A stretch of DNA of 64,000 nt from Thermodesulfobacteriota bacterium (GCA_964291405.2 OZ219926.1:1472001-1536000), one strand, 5' to 3'. Positions 29,428 to 41,598 are shown, counted from the first letter of the stretch. Numbers and translations: made by a program. The notes: generated from the sequence alone by a model not told the origin.

Positions 29428-30129
29428 ATGCCGATCCCCACACCGAAGTCCACAAACGACTCCGCCAGTGGCGGGGCTGGCCAGACAACGGCGATACTCA
29501 TCGAGGACCACCCGCTTTTTCGGGACGCGCTGCTACAAGTTCTGAATTCCTCACAAGAGTTCGTGGTGGTCGGCGCTTATGGCTCTGCAACCGCTCTCTG
29601 GGATTCCCCGCCAAAGTCACCTCCGCTGCTAGTGTTGGTGGACCTTCTTCTGCCAGACGGTGACGGGGTATTACTGGTGAAGGAGTTCGCACGTCGCTTT
29701 CCTGAGGCACGTGCGGTCATCTTGACTGCATACACGGACGAATGGAATCTTGAAAGGGCACGGAACGCCGGAGTTTGGGCGTTCATCGGGAAAACGACGG
29801 AGCCGGAGACGATCCTGTCGACTCTGCGGACCGTGGCCGGAGGCCAGAAAGTTTTTCCGCGACAGCGCTCAGTTTCGCCGAGCGCGCGCGGCGAGCTGCA
29901 GAATACCTCCCGATTTGCATCCCCGACCCGGATTTTTCAGCTCAGTGCCCGGGAACGCGAAGTCGCTCGCTTGCTAGCAGCCGGATGCTCGAATCAAGAT
30001 ATTGCCCATACGCTCTATATCAGTCACGGCACGGTCAAATTGCACGTTTCGAGCATTTACGAAAAACTCCAACTCCACGAACGCTCGCAGGCCATCGTAT
30101 ATTTGTTGGAGCATAAGAATCTTCTGTAA
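29428..30129 (+). CDS. NarL/LuxR-family response regulator
   Basis: Receiver domain IEDH...LVDLLLP; HTH LSAREREV...SNQDIA..L.IS..TVK.HV. Confidence 0.92.
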   Translation: MPIPTPKSTNDSASGGAGQTTAILIEDHPLFRDALLQVLNSSQEFVVVGAYGSATALWDSPPKSPPLLVLVDLLLPDGDGVLLVKEFARRFPEARAVILTAYTDEWNLERARNAGVWAFIGKTTEPETILSTLRTVAGGQKVFPRQRSVSPSARGELQNTSRFASPTRIFQLSAREREVARLLAAGCSNQDIAHTLYISHGTVKLHVSSIYEKLQLHERSQAIVYLLEHKNLL

Positions 30130-30146
30130 CGACGCAGGATCATCCC

Positions 30147-31733
30147 ATGAGCCAGCCGCCAGAAAAAGCCTGCTTCGCGTCAGCTGACAACGCCTCTTCC
30201 GAGCGAAAACAAACCGCGCAAATAGAAAGAAAGCGCAACGAGACCGGTTTGACAGGCAGCTTGTTGGGGCGAGCACTACTCAATGGGATTATCTGTTTGC
30301 TGCTCGTGATCGCAGCAACCCGTCTCGGGGATGTCCCATTGCACATCGGTAGCATCGTTATCGCAAGCCTCACGCTACTTAGTTTTCTGGTCATCGAATT
30401 GTCCCCTTATCACGTGTTTGCCTTCCCGGCCGGGGTAGCCGCGTGCCTGATGTTCCTCTTGTGGGGACCTGGCGTAGCCCCGCTTATTATCACCGGTTGG
30501 ACCCTATCGATTATTATCCAGTATGCACTCTGGCAACGGCGGCGGTGGTCCTTTTCGCCTCATTCCCTGGAAGCGCTAGAACACGCCACGTTCCCCTTCA
30601 CCCTCATACACCTCATCCAGAGGCGGGTTCCCCCCATGGTGGACTGGATCACCGCCATGATCGTCAGCACCCCCTTCTATCACTTCAGTGGTGGCCAATT
30701 TCCCACACGAATGGAAACCTGGGCCGAGCTGGGTACGGTCACCGGGTTTCTTTTGAGCGTTAACCTTGTCTGGCTGGGGATCTGCGAAGTGCGCGCGAGA
30801 CTGTGGAGGATAGGGTCTCACCTAAGCCAACCGGAGAGTTTTCGGCTGTTTACGCGCACGTTGCTCGCGGTGTTTGTGCCCCTGCCCGGCACAGTCCTGA
30901 TTCTGTTTGCCCTCAGTCAATATTCCGACAAGGGGGCAATGATATTGATCCTGAGCACAGGGGCGAGCGTACCGCTCCATTACGCGCTCAAGTCGTTTCT
31001 CACCGCAAACGTTTCCTACCTCAAAGTCCAACAAGAACAGGATAGGCATCGGCAAGCGGTCATGTTGGCCAGCCATACGTCTCTGATTGTCCACGAAGTT
31101 TTACACGAAGTCGGTACGCTGAATCTGCTCCTTCACCTCTCGGAGCAAACACTTCGTAAGGATGGCACAAGTCAGATGAGCCTGAGATCCACACTGGCAG
31201 ATATGCGACAAGTTGTGCAGCAACTTGAGCGAGCTATTGAGCAGTTCCGAGTGTATCTACGGCAACAAGGAGGGCAATACGAGCCGTTGTCTATCCAGGA
31301 GGTAGTACGAGAGGCGATTGAAACGTTACGCATTCGATCAGAGCATATCTTTCGTGTCCACACGGATGGCATTAGTAACGCAGACCTCGTGTTGGGAGAC
31401 ACGCTTTTAGTCGAGAATGCCGTGCAGAATGTCTTGCGGAATGCGTTGGAAGCCTCGCCGCCTGCTGGACCGATTGGGCTTGAATTGACCAAAGACGAAA
31501 TCGGGCGAAACATTCAAATTAGTATAGTAGATAGAGGGTCTGGTATGACCCCGGAAGGAGTGGAAGAGGCGTTTAACCCCTACCATACGACTAAAACAAA
31601 AGGACTTGGGTTAGGGCTCTACCTCGCACGTGAGATTATTGAAGCTCATGGTGGGTACGTCAAGATTACCTCGCAGCTGCATAAGGGAACGACAGTCCTT
31701 CTCTCGCTGCCTCTGCTGGAGCGTACCCCTTAG
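30147..31733 (+). CDS. Multi-pass membrane sensor histidine kinase
   Basis: Several TM segments; NVLRNA, DRGSG, FNPYHTTK and GLGLGL ATPase boxes; HEVLHEV H-box. Confidence 0.88.
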   Translation: MSQPPEKACFASADNASSERKQTAQIERKRNETGLTGSLLGRALLNGIICLLLVIAATRLGDVPLHIGSIVIASLTLLSFLVIELSPYHVFAFPAGVAACLMFLLWGPGVAPLIITGWTLSIIIQYALWQRRRWSFSPHSLEALEHATFPFTLIHLIQRRVPPMVDWITAMIVSTPFYHFSGGQFPTRMETWAELGTVTGFLLSVNLVWLGICEVRARLWRIGSHLSQPESFRLFTRTLLAVFVPLPGTVLILFALSQYSDKGAMILILSTGASVPLHYALKSFLTANVSYLKVQQEQDRHRQAVMLASHTSLIVHEVLHEVGTLNLLLHLSEQTLRKDGTSQMSLRSTLADMRQVVQQLERAIEQFRVYLRQQGGQYEPLSIQEVVREAIETLRIRSEHIFRVHTDGISNADLVLGDTLLVENAVQNVLRNALEASPPAGPIGLELTKDEIGRNIQISIVDRGSGMTPEGVEEAFNPYHTTKTKGLGLGLYLAREIIEAHGGYVKITSQLHKGTTVLLSLPLLERTP

Positions 31734-31902
31734 CAATTCTCCCTTATACTCCGCTCTTCTCACTCCTCAGCCGTTGATCTGGACCAGCCTGCGATGCTGA
31801 TCCACCAACCCACAAAAAATATATCTACAGCCATATTCTGCTCTCGAAACGAAACCTGGTAAGTTTTCGTACCGGGTTAAGATGAGTGAAAGAAGGAGTA
31901 AT

Positions 31903-33288
31903 ATGACACTTCACCTAAATGCCTTTACCCAATGCTCTCCCTGTCCCCAGTCGAAGGGGCAATGGAAACATCCTCACGACCGCTCGTCGTGGGGCTACCG
32001 TGACCTGAACTACTGGATCGAAATTGCGCAAACCCTCGAACGGGGGTGTTTTGATGCGCTGTTTTTCGCTGACATCCACGGCACGTACGATGTATACCAG
32101 GGGGCGCGAACAATGGGGGTCCGGCATGCCGTCCAGATCCCCTGCAACGATCCGCTGGTGCTCATCCCAGCGCTGGCTCACGCCACCCGCCATCTGGGGT
32201 TGGTTTCCACATATAGCACAACGTATCACCCGCCATACCAAGCAGCCAAGGTCTTTTCTACCCTTGACCATCTGACCGAAGGGCGTGTGGGTTGGAACGT
32301 GGTCACCTCTTATCTCCGGGATGCTGAGCAGAACGGATTGGGTAAGACACTCCCTCACGACGAACGCTACGACCGGGCCGATGAGTATATGGAAGTCGTC
32401 TACAAGCTATGGGAGCAAAGCTGGGAGGACGACGCCGTCGTGCTTGACCGGGACCGCGATGTGCACACCGACCCAGCCAAGGTGCATGAGATCCATCACA
32501 CAGGGAAATATTTTTCGGTTTTAGGTCCACACATTTGTGAGCCCTCGCCTCAACGGACACCGGTTCTCTATCAAGCGGGAACCTCGGAGCGAGGAATTGA
32601 GTTTGCTGCAAAACACGGCGAGGCGCTGTTTGTGGTCTTCCCTAATACCACGGTGTGTCGGGCATTCACTGAACGTATTCGGGCGTGCGTCCAGGAGAGC
32701 GGACGTGCTCCCACTCACGTCAAGATTCTGATGGGCATCGTACCCGTTGTGGGCGTAACGGAAGCGGAGGCACAACAGAAATACGAGATTGCCAAGACGT
32801 ACGCGAGCCCGGATGGGGCGCTCGCGCTGTTTGGAGGCTGGACCGGCATTGATCTTTCAGCCTATGGGCCGAAACAACAACTGGCACAGATTGAATCTGA
32901 GGGTATGCAATATTTGGCACAGTATTTCTCCTCGGTTGACTCAACCCGACAGTGGACCATTGGTGAGATCACGGAGTGGCTCTCAATTGGCAGTGTGATG
33001 CCGATACCGGTGGGTACCCCCCAGCAAGTTGCCGATGAGCTGGAACGTTGGGTGGAAGAAGGAGATGTTGATGGCTTTAATATCTTTCCGGTGTACTCCC
33101 CCGGGGGATATATAGACTTTGTTGATCTCGTCGTGCCAGAGTTGCAGCGGCGCGGGCTCTTCCGCACGGGCTACGAGGGAAGTACCTTGCGAGAACACTA
33201 TTTTGGCAAAGGCCAACCACGGCTCGCAGCAGATCACCCTGGCAGTGTAGTGCGAAATATGGCCAATACTTCGCGTATGAGGCTGTAG
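31903..33288 (+). CDS. NtaA/DmoA/SnaA-family FMN-dependent LLM monooxygenase
   Basis: FDALFFAD, GRVGWNVVTS, HDERYDRADEY and PSPQRTPVLYQAG motifs; AAGGAG RBS. Confidence 0.92.
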   Translation: MTLHLNAFTQCSPCPQSKGQWKHPHDRSSWGYRDLNYWIEIAQTLERGCFDALFFADIHGTYDVYQGARTMGVRHAVQIPCNDPLVLIPALAHATRHLGLVSTYSTTYHPPYQAAKVFSTLDHLTEGRVGWNVVTSYLRDAEQNGLGKTLPHDERYDRADEYMEVVYKLWEQSWEDDAVVLDRDRDVHTDPAKVHEIHHTGKYFSVLGPHICEPSPQRTPVLYQAGTSERGIEFAAKHGEALFVVFPNTTVCRAFTERIRACVQESGRAPTHVKILMGIVPVVGVTEAEAQQKYEIAKTYASPDGALALFGGWTGIDLSAYGPKQQLAQIESEGMQYLAQYFSSVDSTRQWTIGEITEWLSIGSVMPIPVGTPQQVADELERWVEEGDVDGFNIFPVYSPGGYIDFVDLVVPELQRRGLFRTGYEGSTLREHYFGKGQPRLAADHPGSVVRNMANTSRMRL

Positions 33289-33382
33289 CTTCCTAACGCC
33301 GCAATGGGCCAGAGGAATTTCTAGATCCCCCTGGCATAGTGTAACCATTCTGTTCCAGACGCAGGCCTTCAGGGCCGCGCTC

Positions 33383-33428
33383 GGCGACTCCTCCCCGGCT
33401 CCTGATATTTTTTCTCACAATATGTTAC
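33383..33428 (+). repeat. Imperfect direct repeat, copy 2
   Basis: Matches 29121-29167; bases 33411-33427 also recur inverted at 33683-33699. Confidence 0.7.
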
Positions 33429-33562
33429 TGTCGGTCGGCCGAGGTTTTACTCTCCCCGGCCCCGCCGTTGTCAGACGGTCGGGGCCGGTCGCAGACCCGC
33501 TCTCGGCAGGTCCGCGGTCGTCCGGGCCGTAACCCTCTAAACGCCGGAGAACGGACTTAATA

Positions 33563-33691
33563 TAACACTGTGTGATGAAAGACTTGCAATACCACCGGGA
33601 CTGTGTTAGAAATCTGTGAAGAATCACAGTCGCACAGCCGCTGCCGTCCCAGTGCGGCAAACCTCAGGGAGTCGGATTTATATAACATATT

Positions 33692-33706
<15 letters not shown>
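33563..33706 (+). promoter_or_regulatory. ect promoter region with repeated operator-like sites
   Basis: TAACA-N3-TGTGA at 33563 and 33683; TATAAC -10-like hexamers; TGTGA-N6-TCACG at 33691. Confidence 0.5.
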
Positions 33707-35905
<2,199 letters not shown>

Positions 35906-35906
<1 letters not shown>

Positions 35907-36823
35907 TGGCACCGACGAGCTCCGGCCGCGAAGACCTGTATCCGTCTCGGATAACCGGTCAGCCACGGCTGACCGAGCGCCTCGACCCGGTCGTCTACCC
36001 CAGCGATTCGGTGACGCAGCGACTGTCCGCCTCTGAGGTCGAGTCCTACGCGCAGCAGGGCTATCTGGTTGTGGAGCACCTGTTCCAGCCGGCTGAAATC
36101 GCCACGCTGAACCGCGAGTTGGAGCAACTGGTGCGCTCCGACGATATTCGGGATCGGGATGAAACCGTTGTCGAGCCCGGAGACCAGGCCGTGCGCTCGA
36201 TCTTTCGGGTCCACAAATTGAGCCGTGCATTCGAGCGGCTCGCCCGCGACCCTCGCGTCCTGGATGTGGCGCGTCAGTTGCTCGGCAGCGAGGTCTATAT
36301 CCACCAGTCCCGCGCCAATCTGAAGCCGGGTTTGACGGGCAAGGAGTTCTATTGGCACTCCGATTTCGAGACCTGGCATGTCGAGGACGGCATGCCGCGT
36401 ATGCGCGCTCTCAGCGTGTCGGTCGCCCTCACGGCCAACTTCACCTTCAACGGGCCCTTGATGCTGATCTCCGGCTCACACACCAGCTATGTTGTCTGCG
36501 CCGGTCGGACGCCTGAGAACCACTACAAGCAGTCGCTCCGCAAGCAGGAGTACGGAGTACCCGACCCGCATTTCCTCAAGCGGCTGGCCGACCAGGGCGG
36601 TATTGTCGCTCCCGTCGGGCCGGCCGGCTCGGCGGTGTTCTTCGACTGCAACACGCTGCACGGCTCAAACTCGAATATCTCTCCCTATCCCCGGCGCAAT
36701 GTCTTCATTGTCTATAACAGCGTTGCCAACACCCTGGAGGAGCCCTTTTGCGGTCTCAAGCCGCGTCCCGAACACATCGCGACCCGCGCGGACTTCGCCC
36801 CGCTGCTTCCTCTGTGCGCATGA
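35906..36823 (+). CDS. ectD: Ectoine hydroxylase
   Basis: Signature FYWHSDFETWHVEDGMP. Confidence 0.96.
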
Positions 36824-36847
36824 GTGGGGTAGGAGAGCCCTCCCCCC

Positions 36848-38305
36848 ATGACCCTGCTCAGCTTCGGCTTCTTCCTGTTGCTGTTCGTCCTCATCGGGCT
36901 GCTGTCGGCGCTGCGTCGCGAGCCGACCGGCGTCGACTACCTGCTTGCCAGCCAGCGCGTCAAACCCTGGCTGGTCGGGCTGTCGGCGGTTGCGACCAAT
37001 AACAGCGGCTACATGTTCATCGGGATGATCGGCTACACCTATACCTCCGGGCTATCCTCGGTCTGGCTGATGGTGGGCTGGATCGTGGGCGACTTCGTGA
37101 CCTCCCTCTTTGTGCACCAGAAGCTGCGGGTGGCGACCGAGGCGCGGCGTCAGCACAGCTTCGCCGGCGTCCTGAGCGCCTGGCATGGGACCGACTACCC
37201 GCGCCTGCAAGCCCTCGGCGGGCTGCTGACGATTGTGTTTCTGGGGGCCTACGCGGCGGCGCAGTTCAACGCCGGCAGCAAGGCCCTGTTTGTGCTGTTC
37301 GGCTGGGAGTACGGGGTGGGGGCGGTCGTCGGAGCGGTGATCGTCCTGCTGTACTGCTTTGCTGGCGGCATCCGGGCGTCGATCTGGACCGATGCCGCCC
37401 AATCGCTGGTGATGATCTCGGCGATGGGCCTCATGCTGTGGGTGGGGCTTCGGGAACTCGGCGGTTGGCAGGCATTCGGGGCCGCGCTCGGCGACGTCTC
37501 ACCCGGCTTCATGGACTGCTTCCCCGAACGGGCGGCGTTCGGCGGCATTGGCGGCTCCGTGCTATTCGTCCTCGGCTGGCTGTTCGCCGGGGTGGCCGTC
37601 ATCGGCCAGCCGCATATCATGGTGCGCTTCATGGCCATGGACGACCCTGGGCAGATGTGGCGCGTCCGGTGTTATTACTACGGCTGGTTTATTGCGTTCT
37701 ATGCACTCACCATCTGCGTCGGCCTGGCCGCCCGGCTGCTGCTGCCCGACACCGCCGACTTCGATGCCGAACTCGCCCTGCCGACCCTGGCCGGAGAACT
37801 GCTGCCGCCGCTGCTGACGGGGCTGGTGCTGGCCGGGCTGTTCGCGGCCACGATCTCGACGGCTGATTCGGTCATCCTGAGCTGTACGGCAGCGCTCACC
37901 CGCGACTTTTCGTCCCACCGGTTTCGGAGCTACGCGGCGACCAAACTGGCGACGGCCCTGGTCACCCTACTGGCCCTCGGTATTGCCCTGAGCCGCAACG
38001 AAAGCGTCTTCAACCTCGTCCTGATCGCCTGGTCTGCGCTGGCGAGCGCCTTCGGTCCGCTGCTGCTCGTCTACGCGCTCAACCAGAAGCCGACCGAGGG
38101 GCTGGCCCTGGCGATGATGCTCGTCGGGATCGGTGTCGTGCTGCTGTGGCGCTCCCTGGGCTGGCACGAGACGGTCGCCTATGAGGTCATGCCGGGCATG
38201 CTGAGCGGTCTGGCGCTCTTCGCCCTCGGCAGGTGGCTGGGACGCTCCGCGCCCGCGCGGGAGGTGTTGGGCGGGGGACGGGTGGGTTCCACCGGGTCCG
38301 GCTGA
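36848..38305 (+). CDS. Sodium:solute (PutP-like) symporter
   Basis: LSAVATNNSG, WTD, GQPHI.VRFMA and STADS motifs; many TM segments. Confidence 0.9.
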   Translation: MTLLSFGFFLLLFVLIGLLSALRREPTGVDYLLASQRVKPWLVGLSAVATNNSGYMFIGMIGYTYTSGLSSVWLMVGWIVGDFVTSLFVHQKLRVATEARRQHSFAGVLSAWHGTDYPRLQALGGLLTIVFLGAYAAAQFNAGSKALFVLFGWEYGVGAVVGAVIVLLYCFAGGIRASIWTDAAQSLVMISAMGLMLWVGLRELGGWQAFGAALGDVSPGFMDCFPERAAFGGIGGSVLFVLGWLFAGVAVIGQPHIMVRFMAMDDPGQMWRVRCYYYGWFIAFYALTICVGLAARLLLPDTADFDAELALPTLAGELLPPLLTGLVLAGLFAATISTADSVILSCTAALTRDFSSHRFRSYAATKLATALVTLLALGIALSRNESVFNLVLIAWSALASAFGPLLLVYALNQKPTEGLALAMMLVGIGVVLLWRSLGWHETVAYEVMPGMLSGLALFALGRWLGRSAPAREVLGGGRVGSTGSG

Positions 38306-38403
38306 ACCCACGGCTGCTTTCTCTCCAGACCTGTGCTACGACAACCCAGGTCCAACCGACGGCCGGGACAGCCGGCCGCGGAACATCAAGAGAAGAGCAG
38401 CCC

Positions 38404-39897
38404 ATGAAACAACGCATAGTCGTAACCGGTTGGGGGCAGGTGACCCAAGCAAAACAGAGTCATCCACCCTTCCTGGACCCGGTCGATCTGATGGAACAGG
38501 CCGCGAGCGACGCCGGCAAGCTCGCTGGGGCCGATGTCTGGAGCCGAGTCGATACAGTATTGGTCGTGCGCACGCAGAGTCGCAATTTGATCGACCCGGC
38601 GGGTGCGCTCGCCGGGCGGCTGGACATGAAGCCAGCACACACCCAGGTGTCGGGCATTGGCGGCGAGATGCCGCAACACTTCGTGAATCAGGCTGCCGGC
38701 AGGCTGGCACGGGGCAAATCCAGGGTGGTGTTGATCTGCGGAGCAGAAACCTATTATCCGAGGAGTGCCGATGCGGTGACCGGCGAGGCCATGCTTGCCC
38801 AAGGCGTCCCGGACGATTATGACGCCGACGACGCGGTTGGTACGGACCCGCTTGAGGAACGACACGGCTTGCGTCTGCCCATCCACGGCTTTCCTCTCTT
38901 CGAAAATGCTCTGTGGGCCAAGTCTGGCCTGAGCCGCGAGCAATGGCTCAACCAAGTGGGTCAGATGTGGGTCGGATTCAGCCAGGTGGCGGCCACGCAC
39001 CCCAATGCCTGGACACGCACGGCGCTTACGGTTGACGAGATTATTACCCCATCAGCCGACAATCGACCCATCTGTTTTCCCTACACCAAACGCATGGTAT
39101 CGCTGGTTTCGGTAGACATTGGCGCGGCGCTCATCATGACCACCGAATCAATCGCGCGTGAAATGCGTGGGGGCGGTGCTCATCCGGTGTACTTTCTCGG
39201 CGGTGGCTATGCGAAGGACCGGCAACGCTTCCTGGTCGACAAAGCCGATTTTACCCGGAGCCCCTCGCTGGCTGCGGCAGCGGCAAAGGCCCAAGCGCGT
39301 GCCGGTATCGGCGTCGCGGAGATAGAAGGCTTCGATTTATACAGTTGTTTCCCCTGTGCCGTCTCCGTTGCCCGCCGAGAGCTCGGCTTGGAAGAGCGGG
39401 ACCCGCAAACCTTAACTACCACCGGAGGGCTGGGATTTTTTGGTGGACCGGGCAGTAACTATGCCTTACACGGCATTGCCACCCTGGCCGAACGCATTGC
39501 TGAGGGAACTTTCCAAACCGGCATGAGTACTGCGCTCGGTTGGTTTATGCACAAATACGCCGTAGGGGTCTACGGGAATAAGCCGAACGATGCGGACCAC
39601 ACCGTCGCCGACCAACACGATGATGCAAACCCCGATGCGGGTTCCCCACCGGTTGACCGGGTAGAAGCGTTCAACGGGTCCGGCACGATTGAAACCTACA
39701 CGGTAGTGTACGCGCGCGATCATTCACCGTCGCACGGCATTATTTTTGGTAAGACCGAATCCGGCCAGAGGTTTGTGGCAAATTCCGAAATGAACGCCGC
39801 GACCTTCGACGCGCTGACGAAAGAAAACTGCATTGGCAGACAGGTCAGCGTGGCAGGCGATCAGACCGGCGTGAATCGAGCTCACCTAGTGGAATAA
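38404..39897 (+). CDS. Thiolase-like protein (TLP1 type with C-terminal extra domain)
   Basis: NRPICFPYTK, DLYSCFP, TTTGGLGFFGGPGSNY and IETYTV motifs. Confidence 0.85.
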   Translation: MKQRIVVTGWGQVTQAKQSHPPFLDPVDLMEQAASDAGKLAGADVWSRVDTVLVVRTQSRNLIDPAGALAGRLDMKPAHTQVSGIGGEMPQHFVNQAAGRLARGKSRVVLICGAETYYPRSADAVTGEAMLAQGVPDDYDADDAVGTDPLEERHGLRLPIHGFPLFENALWAKSGLSREQWLNQVGQMWVGFSQVAATHPNAWTRTALTVDEIITPSADNRPICFPYTKRMVSLVSVDIGAALIMTTESIAREMRGGGAHPVYFLGGGYAKDRQRFLVDKADFTRSPSLAAAAAKAQARAGIGVAEIEGFDLYSCFPCAVSVARRELGLEERDPQTLTTTGGLGFFGGPGSNYALHGIATLAERIAEGTFQTGMSTALGWFMHKYAVGVYGNKPNDADHTVADQHDDANPDAGSPPVDRVEAFNGSGTIETYTVVYARDHSPSHGIIFGKTESGQRFVANSEMNAATFDALTKENCIGRQVSVAGDQTGVNRAHLVE

Positions 39898-40104
39898 TCC
39901 AGATCGTTGTTCTCATTCGGGAGGGATACCTGGCTCAAGGAGCAAAAACGAATGGGAAAGAGTTTTTTATCAGACAGGTATCCCTGACCCCACAACCTCA
40001 GGATTATCTGGTGTTTATTGGTGCGGCGTTTGATCGCTCGGCGCTTCCTGCTGCGCTCGACTCGTGTCTCGTACCACACTAGAGCCATGGCAATCCGGGT
40101 CAGC

Positions 40105-40159
40105 TTGACAACCCCGGACCACTATTGTAATAAAATCTCTATTACAATTATTATGCAAT
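40105..40159 (+). promoter_or_regulatory. Promoter with Fur/Zur-family-like operators
   Basis: TTGACA at 40105; perfect inverted repeat ATTGTAATA-N7-TATTACAAT (40124-40148) overlapping ATTACA-N7-TGCAAT. Confidence 0.6.
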
Positions 40160-40248
40160 AATGAATTCCCACGCACTGAACGAGCAGCCTTATTCCTCAT
40201 CACGATGACCCAGGCAAAGTCACGGATTTTCCAGAAGGGAGAGAAAAA

Positions 40249-40902
40249 ATGAATCGATATCTTTTAGCCGCGGTCGTTTTCACCATGAGTGCGGTTCCAG
40301 CCTTTGCGCACCACCCACTCGGTGGCCTGCCAATGGAGACACTAACCGACGGACTCTTGTCCGGCGTTGGACATCCGCTCTTGGGCTTTGATCATCTCTT
40401 CTTCGTTATCGCCGTTGGCATTGCGGCGCTTTACACCGGCCGCCCGAAACTGGCAACGGCCGCCTATATTGGTACGATGATGCTTGGCTGCCTGCTGATG
40501 AGTTTTGGCGTTGGCCTGCCTGTCAAGGAATTTGTGATCGGCGTTTCGCTTCTCGTTGTCGGCGGCATCCTTTTGTCCGGTCGTGCCACGGGTCTTACTC
40601 TGGCTGTCGGACTTTTCGCAGTTTTCGGCCTTTTCCACGGATCAGCCTTTGGCGACACGATCGCGGCCCAGGAAGCAGGAGCAGGCGTTACCGTTCTGGT
40701 GGGCTATTTGGTCGGGCTTGGCCTGCTGCAATACGGCTTGGCGCTCCTGGCCGGATTTGTTGCTCAAAATCTGCTGAAGGCGACCGAGGCGCAACATATT
40801 CATGCCCGCCTCGCCGGCGCTGTTGTTGCCGGTGTCGGCACGTTTCTCACGCTTGAGAACATTGAAGGCCTCGTCTTCGATATATTGGGTCTGGCTGTCT
40901 AG
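40249..40902 (+). CDS. HupE/UreJ family Ni/Co transporter
   Basis: Signal peptide followed by HH; HPLLGFDHL and GLFHG motifs. Confidence 0.9.
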   Translation: MNRYLLAAVVFTMSAVPAFAHHPLGGLPMETLTDGLLSGVGHPLLGFDHLFFVIAVGIAALYTGRPKLATAAYIGTMMLGCLLMSFGVGLPVKEFVIGVSLLVVGGILLSGRATGLTLAVGLFAVFGLFHGSAFGDTIAAQEAGAGVTVLVGYLVGLGLLQYGLALLAGFVAQNLLKATEAQHIHARLAGAVVAGVGTFLTLENIEGLVFDILGLAV

Positions 40903-40954
40903 TAATCCCAAGCCAGACCCCGGACCGGGCTCACCGCATGGCCGAGGAGTCAGC

Positions 40955-41395
40955 ATGACCGAAACTGCCTCATCCGTTTTGGCGAAAGGGTCACCGACAT
41001 CTCATGGCACCTTTCGGTCATCCGTACTTCACGTGTGCACGTCCTGTAGGGCACCTGGCTCTCCGCGTGAGCCACGAGAGAGTCGAGCCGGCTTCAAACT
41101 CTATCAAGAGCTTCGCGCGACGTTCCATGAGAGCCCATTGGGCCACCACGTGGAGGTCAGGCCCACCGAGTGCCTGAGCGTATGCCCGCGCCCCTGCGGA
41201 ATCGCGCTCTCGTCGCCCGGAGCGTGGACCTACCTCTTCGGGGATCAGTACCCGGGCAAGAGCGCACGTGACATCGTAGAGTGCGTCTCGCTCTACATCG
41301 ATACCGGAGACGGGTTTATGCGGCGGGAGCGACGTCCGAAGTCCTTCCGCGCAAGCATTCTGGGGCGTGTGCCGCCATACGAGGGAGGGCGCTGA
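40955..41395 (+). CDS. DUF1636 family putative metal-binding protein
   Basis: VCTSC, ECLSVCPRPC and WTYLFGD motifs; GAGGAG RBS. Confidence 0.85.
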   Translation: MTETASSVLAKGSPTSHGTFRSSVLHVCTSCRAPGSPREPRESRAGFKLYQELRATFHESPLGHHVEVRPTECLSVCPRPCGIALSSPGAWTYLFGDQYPGKSARDIVECVSLYIDTGDGFMRRERRPKSFRASILGRVPPYEGGR

Positions 41396-41598
41396 TGCAT
41401 CCTAGCAGAAGGCATGCTTCCGCTCAGCCAGGCCGTCGCGTGGAGCGCCCTGACCGCACCCGCCGTGGTTTGGAGTCTCCGTCACTGCCCACTTGGTCAG
41501 ACGCAGTGCGTGTGTTGACGAGCGCTGAAACGCCTGCCGTGACGCCATCCGGCCCCATTGGTCTCGCCGTGTCGCAGGGAGAAGAGAGAACATGTTGA
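41395..41598 (+). pseudogene. cbiM: Remnant of an ECF Co/Ni transporter (cbiM 5' end)
   Basis: Coupled ATG (TGATG); MH/LAEGMLPLSQAVAWSAL after a +1 shift; truncated after about 30 codons. Confidence 0.7.

Noticed and set aside
29224-29511. 95-aa minus-strand ORF over a pyrimidine-rich tract
   Set aside because: It overlaps the response-regulator start and promoter, and its composition reflects the low-complexity tract.
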